A stretch of 63,647 bases of DNA, counting the filler, from a bacterium (GTDB lineage: Bacteria; JBDRGX01), in NCBI GenBank assembly GCA_043817485.1. It is 7 parts of 7 records of this genome, joined end to end, with 100 filler letters (N's around TTAATTAATTAA, not from the genome) between each part and the next. Parts side by side here need not be neighbours in the genome. Positions count along the whole stretch, not along the records: positions 29,688 to 48,756 come from JBDRGX010000084.1; positions 48,857 to 61,447 come from JBDRGX010000086.1; 5 more parts are not named here. One strand, written 5' to 3'. Below, piece after piece: positions 39,701-51,015 of the stretch. How positions within the stretch are numbered: the stretch's first letter is position 1; each line of letters starts with the position of its first letter. The position numbers were made by a program, and so were the translations under genes. The notes under the pieces are model-generated. The model did not search any database. It was not told the DNA's origin and saw only the letters and a program-made list of their open reading frames with translations.

Positions 39701-42700
39701 AACAAGAAAAAATGAAAAAAGGAGATGAATTATTATCTGGTGTAGATAAAAAAGTAAAAGTTTTTATTGCACAAAAAAAACGAATGGTAGTTGGAGATAA
39801 AATATCTGGTCGTCATGGAAATAAAGGAGTAATTGGAAAAATTGCACCAAGAGAAGAAATGCCATATATGTTAGATGGTAGACCTGTTGATATTATTTTA
39901 AATCCTTTAGGTGTGCCTTCAAGATTAAATATTGGGCAAATATTAGAAGCACATTTTGGTTGGGTTGCAGCTGCTTTGGGTTTTAATGTAGAAACACCAG
40001 TATTTATAGGTGCTACTTCAGAAGAAGTAATGAATACCCTTAAAGAAGTTTCTGAAAAAGAAAGAAAAGAAAAAGGGAAAAATATGCTATATACAGAAAA
40101 TGGCAAAATTACTCTTTTTGATGGAAGAACTGGAGAACCTTTTGAACAACAAATTACAGTTGGTTATATGTATATGATGAAGTTATTCCATTTGGCTGAT
40201 GATAAAATTCATGCAAGATCTTCAGGTCCTTATTCTTTAGTTACTCAACAACCATTAGGAGGAAAAGTTCAATTTGGAGGACAACGGCTTGGAGAAATGG
40301 AAGTATGGGCATTAGAAGCATATGGAGCAGCTCATATTTTACAAGAAATGTTAACTGTAAAATCAGATGATATTGAAGGTAGAATGAAAACTTATGAAGC
40401 TATTGTTAAAGGACAGAATATTCCATTTACAGGGATTCCAGAATCTTTTAATGTTTTAATTAAAGAATTACAAGGGCTTTGCTTAGATATTGAATTTAAA
40501 AATGATGAAAAAAATAAAAAAGATTTGAAAAATGATGAAAAAACATTTTCTTCTCTTCAAATAAGATTATGTTCTCCAGAAAAAATACTTTCTTGGTCTT
40601 CTGGGGAAATAAAAAAATCTGAAACAATTAATTATAGAACCTATAAAACAGAAAGAGAAGGTTTGTTTTGTGAAAAAATATTTGGACCTGTTAAAGATTG
40701 GGAATGTTATTGTGGTAAATATAAAGGAATAAAATATAAAGGAGTTATTTGTGATCGTTGTGGAGTAGAATTAACAAGATCAAATGTTAGAAGACAAAAA
40801 ATGGGACATATTAAATTAGCTGCACCAGTAATTCATTCATGGTTTTTAAAAATCAATCCAAGCCCAATAGCTAAATTACTTGATTTTAAAGTAAGTGTAT
40901 TGAAAAATATTTTGTATTTTGGAAATTATATTGTTACAAATATTGTGTCAAGTAAACAAGAAAGTATACTATTAGAAGTTAAAAAATCTTATACAAAAGA
41001 ATTAAAAAAAATAAATGAAGAAGTAGAAGAAAAAATAATTAAGTTAGAAAAAAGTTCAATTGTTGCTTTTCCAGTAAAAGATGAACAAGAAAATCAATGT
41101 TTAGATAAAGGAAAAACATTAAATTTAGAAATATTGTATGATTTGCAAAAAAAAGGAATTGAACAAATAAAAATCTATTTATTAAAAGAAGTGTTATTAA
41201 AAGAAAAAGAAGATTTTTTTGAAGAAGAAATTACAATTCAAAAAACATTAGTAGAAAAAAGTGTAGAAGAATTAATAAAAGAGTTTACTGCTGAAAAAGA
41301 AATTTTTGAACAAGAAAGAGAAAAAAATAAAAAAGAATGTAGTTTAAGATATGAAAAAATTATTCATTTAATAAAATCTTTAAAACAAGAAGATATTTTA
41401 AATGAGGAACAATATAATTTACTTTCTGATCATATTCAGGGCTTTGCTGTAATTAATTCAGGACCATTAGCAATTCAACAAATGTTGCAAAAAATAGATG
41501 TGGAAAAATTAAGTAAAGAAACAAAAGCAAAAATAAAAACAACTAAATCTGTTTTAGAAAAAAAAGAATTACTTAAAAAAGTGAAAATAGTAGAATCTTT
41601 TAGAACTTCTGGAAATAAACCAGAATGGCTGGTAATGACTATTTTGCCAGTTATTCCTCCAGATTTACGACCATTAGTTCATTTAGAAGGCGGTAAATTT
41701 GCTTCTTCTGATTTGAATGATTTATATAGAAGAATTATAAATAGAAACAATAGATTGAGCAGGTTAATGGAAATAAATGCTCCAGAAATAATACTGAGAA
41801 ATGAAAAGAGAATGTTGCAAGAAGCTGTTGATGCTTTAATAGATAATGAAAAATGTGCTAAACCAGTATTAAGTGGTGGTGCAAGACCATTAAAATCTCT
41901 TAGTGAATTAATTAGAGGAAAACAAGGTAGATTTAGACAAAATCTTTTAGGAAAAAGAGTAGATTATTCTGGTAGAGCTGTAATTGTAGTAGGCCCAGAA
42001 TTAAAAATGCATCAATGTGGTTTGCCTAAAAAAATGGCAGTAGAATTATTCAAACCATTTATTTTAAATAAATTAGAAGAAAAAGGTTATGCACAAACAG
42101 CAAAAAGTGCTAAAAGAGCAGTGCAAAAAATACGACCAGAAGTATGGGAAGTTTTGGAAGAAATTGTACATTCGCATACTATTTTGTTAAATAGAGCTCC
42201 TACTCTTCATAGATTAAGTATTCAAGCATTTGAACCAGTGCTTATAGAAGGAAATGCTATTTCTATTAATCCATTAGTTTGTTCTTCTTTTAATGCAGAT
42301 TTTGATGGTGATGCAATGGCAGTTCATCTTCCACTTTCTCCAGAAGCTCAATCTGAAAGTATGCTTTTAATGCTTTCTGTTAATAATATTTTATCTTCAG
42401 CAAATGGAAAATCAGTATTTACTCCTACTCAAGAGATGGTATTAGGATGTTATTATTTAACTAAATCTAAAAAAGAAGATAAAAAAGAAAAGAAAATGTT
42501 TTCTAATATAGATGAAGTAATATTATCTTTAGATCGAAAAATGATAAATTTACATTCTTTTATAAAAATGAAATTAAATAATGAAATAATTGAAACAACT
42601 CCTGGTAGAGTTATTTTTAATTCTATTTTTGAATCTGATTTAGATTTTGTTAATAAAGAAGTGGATAAAAATGGACTTTCTAAAATAATTATAGCATATC

Positions 42701-44967
42701 ATAAAAAATTTGGTAATCATAAAACTGTTCAAATATTAGATAAAATTAAAGAAGTTGGATTTAAATATGCTACATTAGGAGGAATTACTATTAGTCTTGA
42801 AGATGTAATAATTCCAGAAAAAAAAGAAAAAATAGTTCAAAAATCAAAAATAGAAGTAGAAAAAGTAACTGTTCAATATAAAAAAGGTTTAATTACTAAT
42901 GGAGAAAGATATAATAAAGTAATAGATATTTGGGTAAATAGTACAGAAGAAGTAGCTAATGCAATGTTTGAGGAATTAGAAAAAGATAAAGATGGGCTTA
43001 ATCCTATTTATATTATGGCAGATTCTGGGGCTAGAGGAAATCGTCTTCAAGTAAGACAATTAGCTGGAATGAGAGGATTAATGGCAAAACCTTCTGGAGA
43101 AATCATAGAATCACCTATTATTTCCAATTTTAAAGAAGGACTAACAGTTTTGGAATATTTTATTTCTACCCATGGAGCAAGAAAAGGATTGGCTGATACA
43201 GCTGTTAAAACTGCAGATGCTGGATATTTAACCAGAAAATTAGTTGATGTAGCTCAAGATGTTACTATTACAGAAAGAGATTGTGGAACTACTCGTGGTA
43301 GAGTAATTGAATTTGTTGAAGAAGGAAGAGAAGGAATAGAAAGTTTTTCAGAAAAAATAATTGGCCGTGTTACTTTAGATAATATTGTTGATCCAGTAAC
43401 AGATGAAGTGATTATAAAGGTTGGGCAAGAAATTGTTGAAGAGATAATAAAAAAAATAGAAAACTTAGGTATAGAAAAAATAAAAGTTCGTTCAGTTTTG
43501 ACATGTGAAGCAGAAAGAGGTGTTTGTCAATTATGTTATGGTAGAGATCTTTCAACTGGAAAAATAGTAGAAATAGGAGAAGCTGTTGGAATTATAGCAG
43601 CACAGTCTATTGGAGAACCGGGTACTCAGCTTACAATGAGAACATTCCATATAGGTGGTACTGCAAGTAGAACAGTAGAACAATCAAGAATAGAATCTAA
43701 AAATGATGGAATAGTAAAATATGTGAATATTAAAATGATTGTGAATAAAGAAGGTGAAATTATAGTTTTAACGAGAAATGGTTTAATAAATATTTATGAT
43801 GATCAAGGAAGAGAAAGAGAAACTTATCAAATTCCTATTGGTGCAATTTTAAAAGTAAAAGATGGGCAAAAAATTTCAAAACATGAAGTATTAGTACAAT
43901 GGACACTTTATTTAACCCCTATATTAACAGATGTAAGTGGGAAAGTAGTTTTTAAAGATATTATTGAAGGGGTAACAATGAATGAAGAAATAGATGAAAT
44001 TACAAGTTTTACTGCTCAAGTAATAATAGAACCAAAAATAGAAGCAAAAAGAAAATATGCTTTAAGACCACAAATTTTAGTTGAAGATGATGAAGGAAAT
44101 ACTCTTGCAGTTTATGATGTACCAGTAGGATCTCATTTATTAATACAAAATAATGATAAAATATTTGCTGGAGATATATTAGCTAAAATTCATAAAAAAA
44201 TAGGAAAAACAAAAGATATTACTGGAGGACTTCCACGAGTTTCTGAATTATTTGAAGTAAGAAAATCATTAAATGCAGCTATAATATCTGAAATAGATGG
44301 TGTTGTAAGTTTTGTTGAAACTTCAAAAGGAGAGCGAAAAATTGTAATAACAGGAGAAAATGATAGTATCTGTGAATATAAAATTTCTCATGGTAAACAT
44401 GTAATTGTTCATAAAGGAGATAAAATTACAGATGGAGATTGTTTAGTAGATGGACCAATAGATCTTTATAGTATATTAAAAGTAAAGGGAGAAATGGCAG
44501 CTCAGGAATATTTAGTAAATGAAGTTCAGTCAATTTATAGATTACAAGGTGTAGAAATTAATGATAAACATATAGAAATAATTGTAAAGCAAATGTTGAA
44601 AAATGTAAAAATAGAATCATCTGGAGATACCAAATTTTTAGAAGAAATGATAGTAGATAAAAAAGAATTTAACAAAGAAAATGAAAAAGTAGTTAAAAAA
44701 GGTGGAAAACCAGCAGTTGGAAAATCTGTGCTTATGGGAATAACAAGAACTTCTTTAAATACTGATAGTTTTATTTCTGCAGCATCTTTCCAAGAAACAA
44801 CTCGTATTTTGAGTAATGCAGCTATTAATGGTAAAGTAGATAAAATGAGAGGCTTAAAAGAAAATGTTATAATGGGACATTTAATACCAACGGGAACTGG
44901 TTTATGGAAAACAATGGGTAATTATGAAACAGTTGAAGATGAAGAAATTGAAAAGGTTGAAAAATAA
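36733..44967 (+). CDS. rpoBC: DNA-directed RNA polymerase beta and beta' subunits encoded as one ORF
   Basis: Beta motifs ([41 protein letters not shown]) continue without a stop at about aa 1256 into beta' motifs ([47 protein letters not shown]). Confidence 0.95.
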   Translation: MFKQRKNYGKFVNAIEIPNLLEMQKKSYEEFLQLNALPENREDKGLQRLFKTIFPIEDYSGNSILEFVSYSLSEPLYSVKECQIKDKTYSVPLKVKLRLIIKEQILETKEKKIRDIKEQEIHFASIPLMTENSTFIINGIERVIVNQLHRSPGLLFEENKKSTVKGHSYKARVIPFRGSWLEFEIGNLVYVRIDRKRKMNATILLRALGLYDSDILGFFYDVETIDLTKNSSSKWLALLEKRICAEDVIDKKIGEIIIEAKEEISSEKIELLKKFNPDYIKVLPLNYDNTILITLKKDLSKTPRESLLEIYSKLRSGNPLILEKAKVFFDRLFFSFTTYDLGKVGRFKINKRLGLNLSLEENLLTKEDIVFVLKYLIGLKNGQGFIDDIDHLGNRRIRLVGEVIEDRLRNGFVRMRREIKERMTLQEIETVMPNVLVNVNSLMATINKFFRSSELSQFMDQVNPLAELTHKRRISALGIGGITRERAGFEVRDVHYTHYGRICPIETPEGLNIGLITSFTIYSKVNELGFIETPYFSVKNGKVDKTKMHYLSAIEEDDFIVASSDAKVNKDDVIENEFVLTRNKGNFLLVKKEEVNYIDVSSMQLISLSTSLIPFLEHDDANRALMGSNMQRQAVPLLKTESPIIGTGMEKIAAKESGVMQIAERDGKVVRVSGNAIIVKGMTNSGKIYFDTYCLRKYEKSNNDTCINQIPIVKTGDEVKKGDILADGQSTSLGELALGQNVIVAFMPWNGYNFEDAIVINEDVVRKEKFTSIHIKEFEVEAQITKLGKEEITRDIPNASEESLKNLDKDGIIKIGTYVEPGDILVGKITPRGQTEFTPEEKLLRVIFKDKAGDVKDASLKVSAGIYGQVIDVKVFCAKRKNKDIKKIEKEIEEKEALLKEKINWIKKEYKEELEKLILNQKILSNLIYKDNVIIQKNSFITKENIELIIKHKKISELNLEDSKISKKLLNLTTSVEELIEQEKISSKKEQEKMKKGDELLSGVDKKVKVFIAQKKRMVVGDKISGRHGNKGVIGKIAPREEMPYMLDGRPVDIILNPLGVPSRLNIGQILEAHFGWVAAALGFNVETPVFIGATSEEVMNTLKEVSEKERKEKGKNMLYTENGKITLFDGRTGEPFEQQITVGYMYMMKLFHLADDKIHARSSGPYSLVTQQPLGGKVQFGGQRLGEMEVWALEAYGAAHILQEMLTVKSDDIEGRMKTYEAIVKGQNIPFTGIPESFNVLIKELQGLCLDIEFKNDEKNKKDLKNDEKTFSSLQIRLCSPEKILSWSSGEIKKSETINYRTYKTEREGLFCEKIFGPVKDWECYCGKYKGIKYKGVICDRCGVELTRSNVRRQKMGHIKLAAPVIHSWFLKINPSPIAKLLDFKVSVLKNILYFGNYIVTNIVSSKQESILLEVKKSYTKELKKINEEVEEKIIKLEKSSIVAFPVKDEQENQCLDKGKTLNLEILYDLQKKGIEQIKIYLLKEVLLKEKEDFFEEEITIQKTLVEKSVEELIKEFTAEKEIFEQEREKNKKECSLRYEKIIHLIKSLKQEDILNEEQYNLLSDHIQGFAVINSGPLAIQQMLQKIDVEKLSKETKAKIKTTKSVLEKKELLKKVKIVESFRTSGNKPEWLVMTILPVIPPDLRPLVHLEGGKFASSDLNDLYRRIINRNNRLSRLMEINAPEIILRNEKRMLQEAVDALIDNEKCAKPVLSGGARPLKSLSELIRGKQGRFRQNLLGKRVDYSGRAVIVVGPELKMHQCGLPKKMAVELFKPFILNKLEEKGYAQTAKSAKRAVQKIRPEVWEVLEEIVHSHTILLNRAPTLHRLSIQAFEPVLIEGNAISINPLVCSSFNADFDGDAMAVHLPLSPEAQSESMLLMLSVNNILSSANGKSVFTPTQEMVLGCYYLTKSKKEDKKEKKMFSNIDEVILSLDRKMINLHSFIKMKLNNEIIETTPGRVIFNSIFESDLDFVNKEVDKNGLSKIIIAYHKKFGNHKTVQILDKIKEVGFKYATLGGITISLEDVIIPEKKEKIVQKSKIEVEKVTVQYKKGLITNGERYNKVIDIWVNSTEEVANAMFEELEKDKDGLNPIYIMADSGARGNRLQVRQLAGMRGLMAKPSGEIIESPIISNFKEGLTVLEYFISTHGARKGLADTAVKTADAGYLTRKLVDVAQDVTITERDCGTTRGRVIEFVEEGREGIESFSEKIIGRVTLDNIVDPVTDEVIIKVGQEIVEEIIKKIENLGIEKIKVRSVLTCEAERGVCQLCYGRDLSTGKIVEIGEAVGIIAAQSIGEPGTQLTMRTFHIGGTASRTVEQSRIESKNDGIVKYVNIKMIVNKEGEIIVLTRNGLINIYDDQGRERETYQIPIGAILKVKDGQKISKHEVLVQWTLYLTPILTDVSGKVVFKDIIEGVTMNEEIDEITSFTAQVIIEPKIEAKRKYALRPQILVEDDEGNTLAVYDVPVGSHLLIQNNDKIFAGDILAKIHKKIGKTKDITGGLPRVSELFEVRKSLNAAIISEIDGVVSFVETSKGERKIVITGENDSICEYKISHGKHVIVHKGDKITDGDCLVDGPIDLYSILKVKGEMAAQEYLVNEVQSIYRLQGVEINDKHIEIIVKQMLKNVKIESSGDTKFLEEMIVDKKEFNKENEKVVKKGGKPAVGKSVLMGITRTSLNTDSFISAASFQETTRILSNAAINGKVDKMRGLKENVIMGHLIPTGTGLWKTMGNYETVEDEEIEKVEK

Positions 44968-44979
44968 GATATTGTTAAG

Positions 44980-45016
44980 AAAAAAAAACGCAAGTTTTAT
45001 AACTTGCGTTTTTTTT
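44980..45016 (+). terminator. Intrinsic (bidirectional-looking) terminator after rpoBC
   Basis: AAAAAAAACGCAAGTT-ttat-AACTTGCGTTTTTTTT. Confidence 0.85.
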
Positions 45017-45354
45017 AATTAGTTTTTTTAATTAACATATCATTTTATATTAAGTTGCAATCAGAAATAAAATGTTGTAAATTACCAAATACAAAAGACA
45101 CAAAAGAAAATTCGAAAAACGAATATTATATTTTTAATCTAAAATTATAAACATTTCAATTCGTTCCGTTAGGAACGAAATATTGGTAAAAACGAAACAA
45201 ATTTCAATGACCAAAATATAAATGTTCAAAACAAATTCAAAAATATGATGTTTTTAACAGAATATTAAAATTAAACCAAAAAAAAGAAGAAATAAGAGAT
45301 GAGAAAAATATTTTGTAGAATGATTTGTTTTTTGGTAATGTGGGTAGAAATATG

Positions 45355-45382
45355 GTAGGGGTGAACGGCCGTTCGCCTGTAC
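45355..45382 (+). repeat. GTAG-type REP palindrome
   Basis: GTAG-GGGTGAACGGCCGTTCGCCT-GTAC: GTAG tetranucleotide followed by a GC-rich palindrome in an AT-rich spacer. Confidence 0.7.
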
Positions 45383-45448
45383 AAATTAGGTTTATTTTGA
45401 TACACAAATGATATTTGTTGAATATCATTTGTGTATTTTCATAAAGTA

Positions 45449-45670
45449 TATATAACGGCAAAAAATAGTTAACGAACAATTAAAAAAAAATATGCAAGTA
45501 GATGTATTTATGGATAAAGTTAAGTCGTTATATATATTAAAGCCTGAAGGGCTGATATTATTATAGCAATTATTAAATAATTACCAATTAAACCCCGAAG
45601 GGGTGACATTGTTGTTATTATATAACGGCAAAAAATAGTTAACGAACAATTAAAAAAATATGCAAGTAGA
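45449..45670 (+). repeat. Direct repeat of about 53 bp (45449-45502, 45619-45670) flanking two REP-like hairpins
   Basis: TATATAACGGCAAAAAATAGTTAACGAACAATTAAAAAAA(AA)TATGCAAGTAGA occurs twice; AGCCTGAAGGGCTGATAT and AACCCCGAAGGGGTGACAT lie between. Confidence 0.85.
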
Positions 45671-45750
45671 ATATTTCTACTATATACCTATGAATAAAGT
45701 TAAGTTTTTATGCCAATTAATTTAAGTCTTTCTATATACATTAATTTTTC

Positions 45751-45779
45751 TTGACATAGTAGAAAAATTAAAATATTAT
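45751..45779 (+). promoter_or_regulatory. Putative sigma70 promoter for thiC-cysE
   Basis: TTGACA-17 nt-TATTAT, about 35 nt before the ATG at 45815. Confidence 0.55.
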
Positions 45780-45814
45780 TTAAAAAAATTTTTTAAAATT
45801 GAAAAGAGATAAAA

Positions 45815-47100
45815 ATGACACAAATAGAACAAGCACGAAAAAATCAAAGTACTTTAGAAATGGAAAAAGTATCTTTAGAAGAAAAAGTATCTTTAGAATA
45901 TATTAAAGATAAAATATCTAAAGGACAAATTGTTTTACTTAAAAATAAAGTTCATAATCTAAATAAAATAATTGCTGTAGGTAAAGGTTTGAGAACAAAA
46001 ATAAATGCTAATATTGGAACATCTTTAGATAAATAGATTTAGATTTTGAAATTGAAAAATTAAAGGTTTCTATTAAATATGGTGCTGATGCAGTAATGGA
46101 TTTAAGTACTGGAGGAAATCTTGATGAAATAAGAAAAAAAATAATTGAAAATTCTTCTATTCCTATTGGAACAGTTCCTATATATCAAGCAGCTGTAGAA
46201 GCAAAAAATAAAACTGGTTCTATTCTTGGAATGACTAAAGAATATATTTTTAATATTATAGAAAAACATTTTCAAGATGGAGTAGATTTTATTACTATTC
46301 ATTCAGGGTTAATTAAAGAAACTTTAAAACGATTAAAAAGATCTCCAAGAGTAGTAGGAATTGTGAGTAGAGGTGGTGCTTTTTTATCTAAATGGATGCT
46401 TTATCATTCAAAAGAAAATCCTTTATACGAATATTATGATGAAATTTTAGATTTGGCTTATAAATATGATGTTGTTTTAAGTTTAGGAGATGCTTTAAGA
46501 CCTGGAGCAATTGCTGATGCTACAGATACAGCACAAATTCAGGAGCTAATTATTTTAGGAGAATTAGCCGAAAGAGCGTGGAATAAAAATGTAAGTGTAA
46601 TAATTGAAGGGCCTGGACATATGCCAATAAATCAAATTCAAGCAAATGTTCTTTTAGAAAAAAAATTATGCAAAGAAGCTCCATTTTATATTTTAGGTCC
46701 TTTAACCACAGATATTGCTCCGGGATATGATCATATTACAGGAGCAATTGGTGGAGCAATTGCTGCAGCAGCTGGAGCTGATTTTCTTTGTTATGTAACT
46801 CCATCAGAACATTTGAAATTGCCAGATATAAATGATGTTAAAGAAGGTGTTATTGCTGCGAGAATTGCAGCTCATTCCGCAGATTTATCTAAAGGAGTAA
46901 AAGGTGCTTTTGAACAAGATAGAGAAATGTCTTTTAAAAGAAAATCTTTTGATTGGGCTTCTCAAATAAAAATAGCGATTGATCCAGAAAAAATTCAAAA
47001 TGTAAAAGAAGAAAGTAAGTTTGATTCAAAAGTTTGTACTATGTGTGGTGAGTTTTGTAGCATGAAAGAAAGTGAGGAGTTATTTTGTTTGAAAGCATAA
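45815..47100 (+). CDS. thiC: Phosphomethylpyrimidine synthase ThiC family (short type), frameshifted at about 46031-46033
   Basis: [18 protein letters not shown], then [54 protein letters not shown]. Adding one A gives [12 protein letters not shown] and joins the two ORFs. Confidence 0.88.
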
Positions 47101-47726
47101 AAGAAGATATTCAAACTATATTTGCTAAAGATCCAGCAGCAAAAAATATTTTTGAAGTAATTTTTTGTTATGCTGGACTTCATGCTGTTTGGTCTCATCG
47201 CATTGCTCATTGGTTTTATATAAAAAAAAGATATACCATTGCTCGTGTAATTTCTCATATTAGTCGTGGTTTTACAGGAATTGAAATACATCCTGGTGCT
47301 GTTATTGGAAAAAGGTTTTTTATTGATCATGGAATGGGTGTTGTAATTGGAGAAACAACTGAAATTGGTGATGATGTTTTAATGTATCAAGGTGTAGTTT
47401 TAGGAGGGACTTCTTTAGAAAAGAAAAAACGACATCCAACATTAGGAAATAATGTTATTGTTGGTGCTGGAGCCATAATTTTAGGTGCGATAATTATTGG
47501 TAATAATGCAAGAATAGGTGCTGGTTCAGTAGTAATTCATAATATTCCCGATAATTCTACAGCAATAGGTATTCCAGCAACTGTAAAAATAGGATCTTCA
47601 AAACAAAAAACGCAAATATTAGATCATGATAAATTACCAGATCCAGTATCTGATGCTATTCATTTTATTGTAGATGAGCAAAAAAAATTAGAAGAAAGAA
47701 TTAAAAAATTAGAAGCTCAAAAATAA
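47085..47726 (+). CDS. cysE: Serine O-acetyltransferase
   Basis: [47 protein letters not shown] site before the TTG start. Confidence 0.95.
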   Translation: MFESIKEDIQTIFAKDPAAKNIFEVIFCYAGLHAVWSHRIAHWFYIKKRYTIARVISHISRGFTGIEIHPGAVIGKRFFIDHGMGVVIGETTEIGDDVLMYQGVVLGGTSLEKKKRHPTLGNNVIVGAGAIILGAIIIGNNARIGAGSVVIHNIPDNSTAIGIPATVKIGSSKQKTQILDHDKLPDPVSDAIHFIVDEQKKLEERIKKLEAQK

Positions 47727-48260
47727 TATATTTAAATCAAATTGCAATCAGAAATAAAATGTTATAAACTACCAAATTCGAAATATGAAATAATGAAAGA
47801 AAAAGGAAAATTTAAAGCACGAAATTCGAATTTGTTTTCTAAATTCCCGCATTAATATAACTATCCTAAAAAAAATCAATGTAAATAGAATATAAAATGT
47901 ATGAACAGGGGCTTGTCTTTGTTCGTTGTTAGAGAATTACGGACAAAGATAAGGGTTCAAGGAGAAGTGTTGGAAAATTATAGTCTTTGGTAATTCAATA
48001 GCAATAGAGCACTAGAGCACCAGGAAGAAAGAGCACCAGTCCCCAGAACACCAGAGTAGATTTCATTTCTAATTTTCAATTTAATTTTTTTCATTGTTTC
48101 GGATTTTGAATTTGGTTTTATTATTAGAAGGTAATGACGATAAATAACAATTGAAAATGGGAAATAGGAAATGAGAAATGTAAAATTATTGATTTTGGCA
48201 AATTATTTTTAATTTCTAATTTAATTTTGTTATCATTTTAAATTCAACTTAATATAAAAA

Positions 48261-48670
48261 TATCCCGTTAGGGATAACATATCGGTAGAAAAAAAATATT
48301 ATCACATGATATAAATGCCGTAGGCATGATATATAAAACAAAATTCGATCCCAATTTTTTATAATGTCACCCCTTCGGGGTTAAAATTGCTTATTTTTAA
48401 TTATTTGCTATAATAATACCACCCCTTCGGGGTTAAAATTCCTTGTTTTCGGATGTTTTTGGTTTTTTTCATTTTTTGTATTAATCCCGAAGGGATGACA
48501 TTATTGTAGCATATTTGTTGCACAGTTTCAATTAAACCCCGAAGGGGTGGCATTATTGTAGGGCTGGTATGTTTCTTATCCCCCGCTGGCGGGGGTGTCC
48601 GTTAGGACAGGGGTGGAATTTTTTAATAGCAAATAATACAGTAATTTTTGCTACAATAATACCACTTTTT
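48261..48670. repeat. Cluster of REP-like hairpins (BIME-like)
   Basis: Consensus AACCCCGAAGGGGTGACATTATTGTAGC on the minus strand at about 48364 and 48406, on the plus strand at about 48483 and 48534, degenerate at about 48650; also TATCCC-gtta-GGGATA and ATGCC-gta-GGCAT. Confidence 0.85.
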
Positions 48671-48856
48671 CAGAGTTGGGATTAACTGTTTTTCTTGACA
48701 AATGATAGAATATGGCAATAATTTGTATAAATTTTAAAAATAATTTAATAAAAAAANNNNNNNNNNNNNNNNNNNNNNNNNNNNNNNNNNNNNNNNNNNN
48801 TTAATTAATTAANNNNNNNNNNNNNNNNNNNNNNNNNNNNNNNNNNNNNNNNNNNN

Positions 48857-49299
48857 AATTCCCCTTTTAAACATCCACTTAAACAAATAAGTCCTTTAGA
48901 ATATTTTTTTAAAAGTTCTTTATCTATTCTTGGTTTATAATAAAATCCTTCAAAATAACCATCTGTAACTAATTTAATTAAGTTTTTATAACCAATTTCA
49001 TTTTGGGCTAATAATATTAAATGATAAGATAAATCTGAATTATCAGAAAAAGTTTTTTTTTCAAAACGAGATGCAGGAGCAATATAAACTTCACACCCAA
49101 TGATGGGTTTAATCCCATTTTTTATACATTCTTCATAAAAATGAATGGCTCCAAACATATTTCCATGATCTGTAATAGCAAGACTTTGCATTTTCATTTT
49201 TTGAGCTGTTTTAACAAAACGAGAAAGATGTAATGCTCCATCAAGTAGACTATATTGAGTATGATTATGAAGATGAATAAATGGGACTTGTTTAGTCAT
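48857..49299 (-). CDS. dnaE: DNA polymerase III alpha subunit, N-terminal PHP domain (truncated by the contig end)
   Basis: FIHLHNHTQYSLLDG, AITDHGNMFG, IKPIIGCEVY, GYKNLIKL, YYKPRID, LSGCLKGE. Confidence 0.93.
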
Positions 49300-51014
49300 T
49301 ATTTTTCCCACAAAAAAATAAGTAAATATGGACTATTTGCATCTTCTATATTATAAAAAGAACTTTTAATTTTAATATGATAACGATTATATCCATCTGA
49401 ATTACACTTATCATAATTAATTTCTTCTTTTTTATTGTTTGTTTCAGAAGAAGCTATAATATTATCTGCATTATTCCCAGAAACATATAAATTATAATTA
49501 GAACTTCTAATATTGTCTAATCGAAGAATTGCCGTAAATTTACTCATATTAGTTGGCTTTATAATACGATAAAAATCTACATCTGTATTAGAAGAAATTG
49601 TTCCTGTAACTATAGTAATTTGTTGAGTATCTACTTTTAAATCCTGTACATAAGTAGGTGGATTATCATTTGATTCTATTTCTTTTAAAATACTAATTAT
49701 TTGTAACGAATATTGGTCTATAGAATATTTTTGGCTATTAGAAAAAACTTTAACATAATTTTTATTATTTATTTTAAAATTATCTATAGATAAAAATATA
49801 ATTTTTGCATTAGGATTTTCTTTATCTTGTTCAGCAAATACTTCTCCTCTATTTGTTTCTATTCCTAAATCACAATTCTGAATATTATTACCTGATAAAA
49901 CAAAATAAAATGCAGATAAATATGATTGTTGTAATGATGTAATTGGAAAATAAAAATAATCAACATCATCATCAGGACAAATAAAACACTTTTGTTGTTC
50001 ATTAATATTAATTTTTTTTGCCATTTCTTTAGAATTATTAGGTTCAAATTCTTCTGGAATAGCAACAATTGGATCTGTCCAATCACTTTCAATATTTTCA
50101 GATTCAACAAAACAAATTTTATAATAATAAGGTCTTTTATTAGTTAAAAAAAAATCCTCTGTTTGTGATATATCTTTTGTTAAGATATCTTCTTTTAGCC
50201 AATATGTATAATTTATTCCATCTTCAGATTTTTGAATTCTATATCCAATCCAACTACAATTTGATTCCCATTGAAGAGTTATTTTTGTATTACCTGAAAT
50301 TGCTTTAAAACATTGTACTTTTCTTGAAATAACAACTTTTATTTCCTCACTTGCAAGTCCTTCAGAATTATCTGTATTAAAAGCAGAAATTTTATAATAA
50401 TAAGTTTTTTGTTGTTTTACATTTTTATCTTCATAAGTAGTTATATCTTTTGAAAGATTTATTTCTAATTTTTGAAAATCTTCTGTATTTGAAATTCTTT
50501 TATATAGATAATAACCATTCAAATCTTGATTATTTTCTGGCTTTTGCCAACTAAAATTTACTGTAAAATCTTTAGTAACAATTGCTTTAAAATTCAAAGG
50601 ATTATCAGGAATTACTACTTCTTTTAAAATTATTTTAACACTTGCACTTTTTTCACTTTCAACATTATTACTATTAAAAGCAGAAATTTTATAATAATAA
50701 GTTTTTTGTTGTTCTACCTCGTTATCTTCATAAGTAATTGTATCTTTTGAAAGAATTTCTTTTATTTTAACATAATTTTTATCATCTTCTGATCTATATA
50801 TTTTATATCCCAATAAATTTGTTTCAATATTAGATTTCCAAAAAAGAGTTATTTTAGTTAATATAAAATCTGAAATTGCTTTTAATTCAATTGGTGAAAC
50901 AGGACAAGAATAAAGAGAAGATTTAGGATCTACTGGATTATTTCGAGCAAGATTTTTACACCCTACAAAAAGAAATAAAAAAAGAAGTGTTAAAACAAAA
51001 AAAATATTTTTCAT
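49299..51014 (-). CDS. Lipoprotein with three fibronectin type III repeats and C-terminal PPC-like beta domains
   Basis: MKNIFFVLTLLFLFLFVGC lipobox, RNNPVDP, repeated W...GY.IYR...YED..V....YYYKISA, EPNNS and DVDYFYF / DVDFY motifs. Confidence 0.85.
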   Translation of the reverse strand: MKNIFFVLTLLFLFLFVGCKNLARNNPVDPKSSLYSCPVSPIELKAISDFILTKITLFWKSNIETNLLGYKIYRSEDDKNYVKIKEILSKDTITYEDNEVEQQKTYYYKISAFNSNNVESEKSASVKIILKEVVIPDNPLNFKAIVTKDFTVNFSWQKPENNQDLNGYYLYKRISNTEDFQKLEINLSKDITTYEDKNVKQQKTYYYKISAFNTDNSEGLASEEIKVVISRKVQCFKAISGNTKITLQWESNCSWIGYRIQKSEDGINYTYWLKEDILTKDISQTEDFFLTNKRPYYYKICFVESENIESDWTDPIVAIPEEFEPNNSKEMAKKININEQQKCFICPDDDVDYFYFPITSLQQSYLSAFYFVLSGNNIQNCDLGIETNRGEVFAEQDKENPNAKIIFLSIDNFKINNKNYVKVFSNSQKYSIDQYSLQIISILKEIESNDNPPTYVQDLKVDTQQITIVTGTISSNTDVDFYRIIKPTNMSKFTAILRLDNIRSSNYNLYVSGNNADNIIASSETNNKKEEINYDKCNSDGYNRYHIKIKSSFYNIEDANSPYLLIFLWEK

Positions 51015-51015
51015 T

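Noticed and set aside
45237-45479. 80-aa minus-strand ORF
   Set aside because: Runs through repeat sequence (CTGERPFTPT is the translated REP); no coding signature.
45449-45670. Possible CRISPR array
   Set aside because: Only two copies of about 53 bp with a spacer over 100 bp made of other repeats; no cas genes.
46034-46036. TAG inside thiC as possible pyrrolysine or stop-codon reassignment
   Set aside because: The downstream part is in a different frame, so this is a one-base indel, not readthrough; TAG ends other genes normally.
48360-48570. Possible CRISPR array
   Set aside because: Repeats occur in both orientations with irregular spacing and variable sequence, which fits REP-like elements.
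50375-50713. Diversity-generating retroelement template/variable repeat pair
   Set aside because: Both copies are coding parts of tandem FN3 domains, the shared stretch is identical, and no reverse transcriptase is present.
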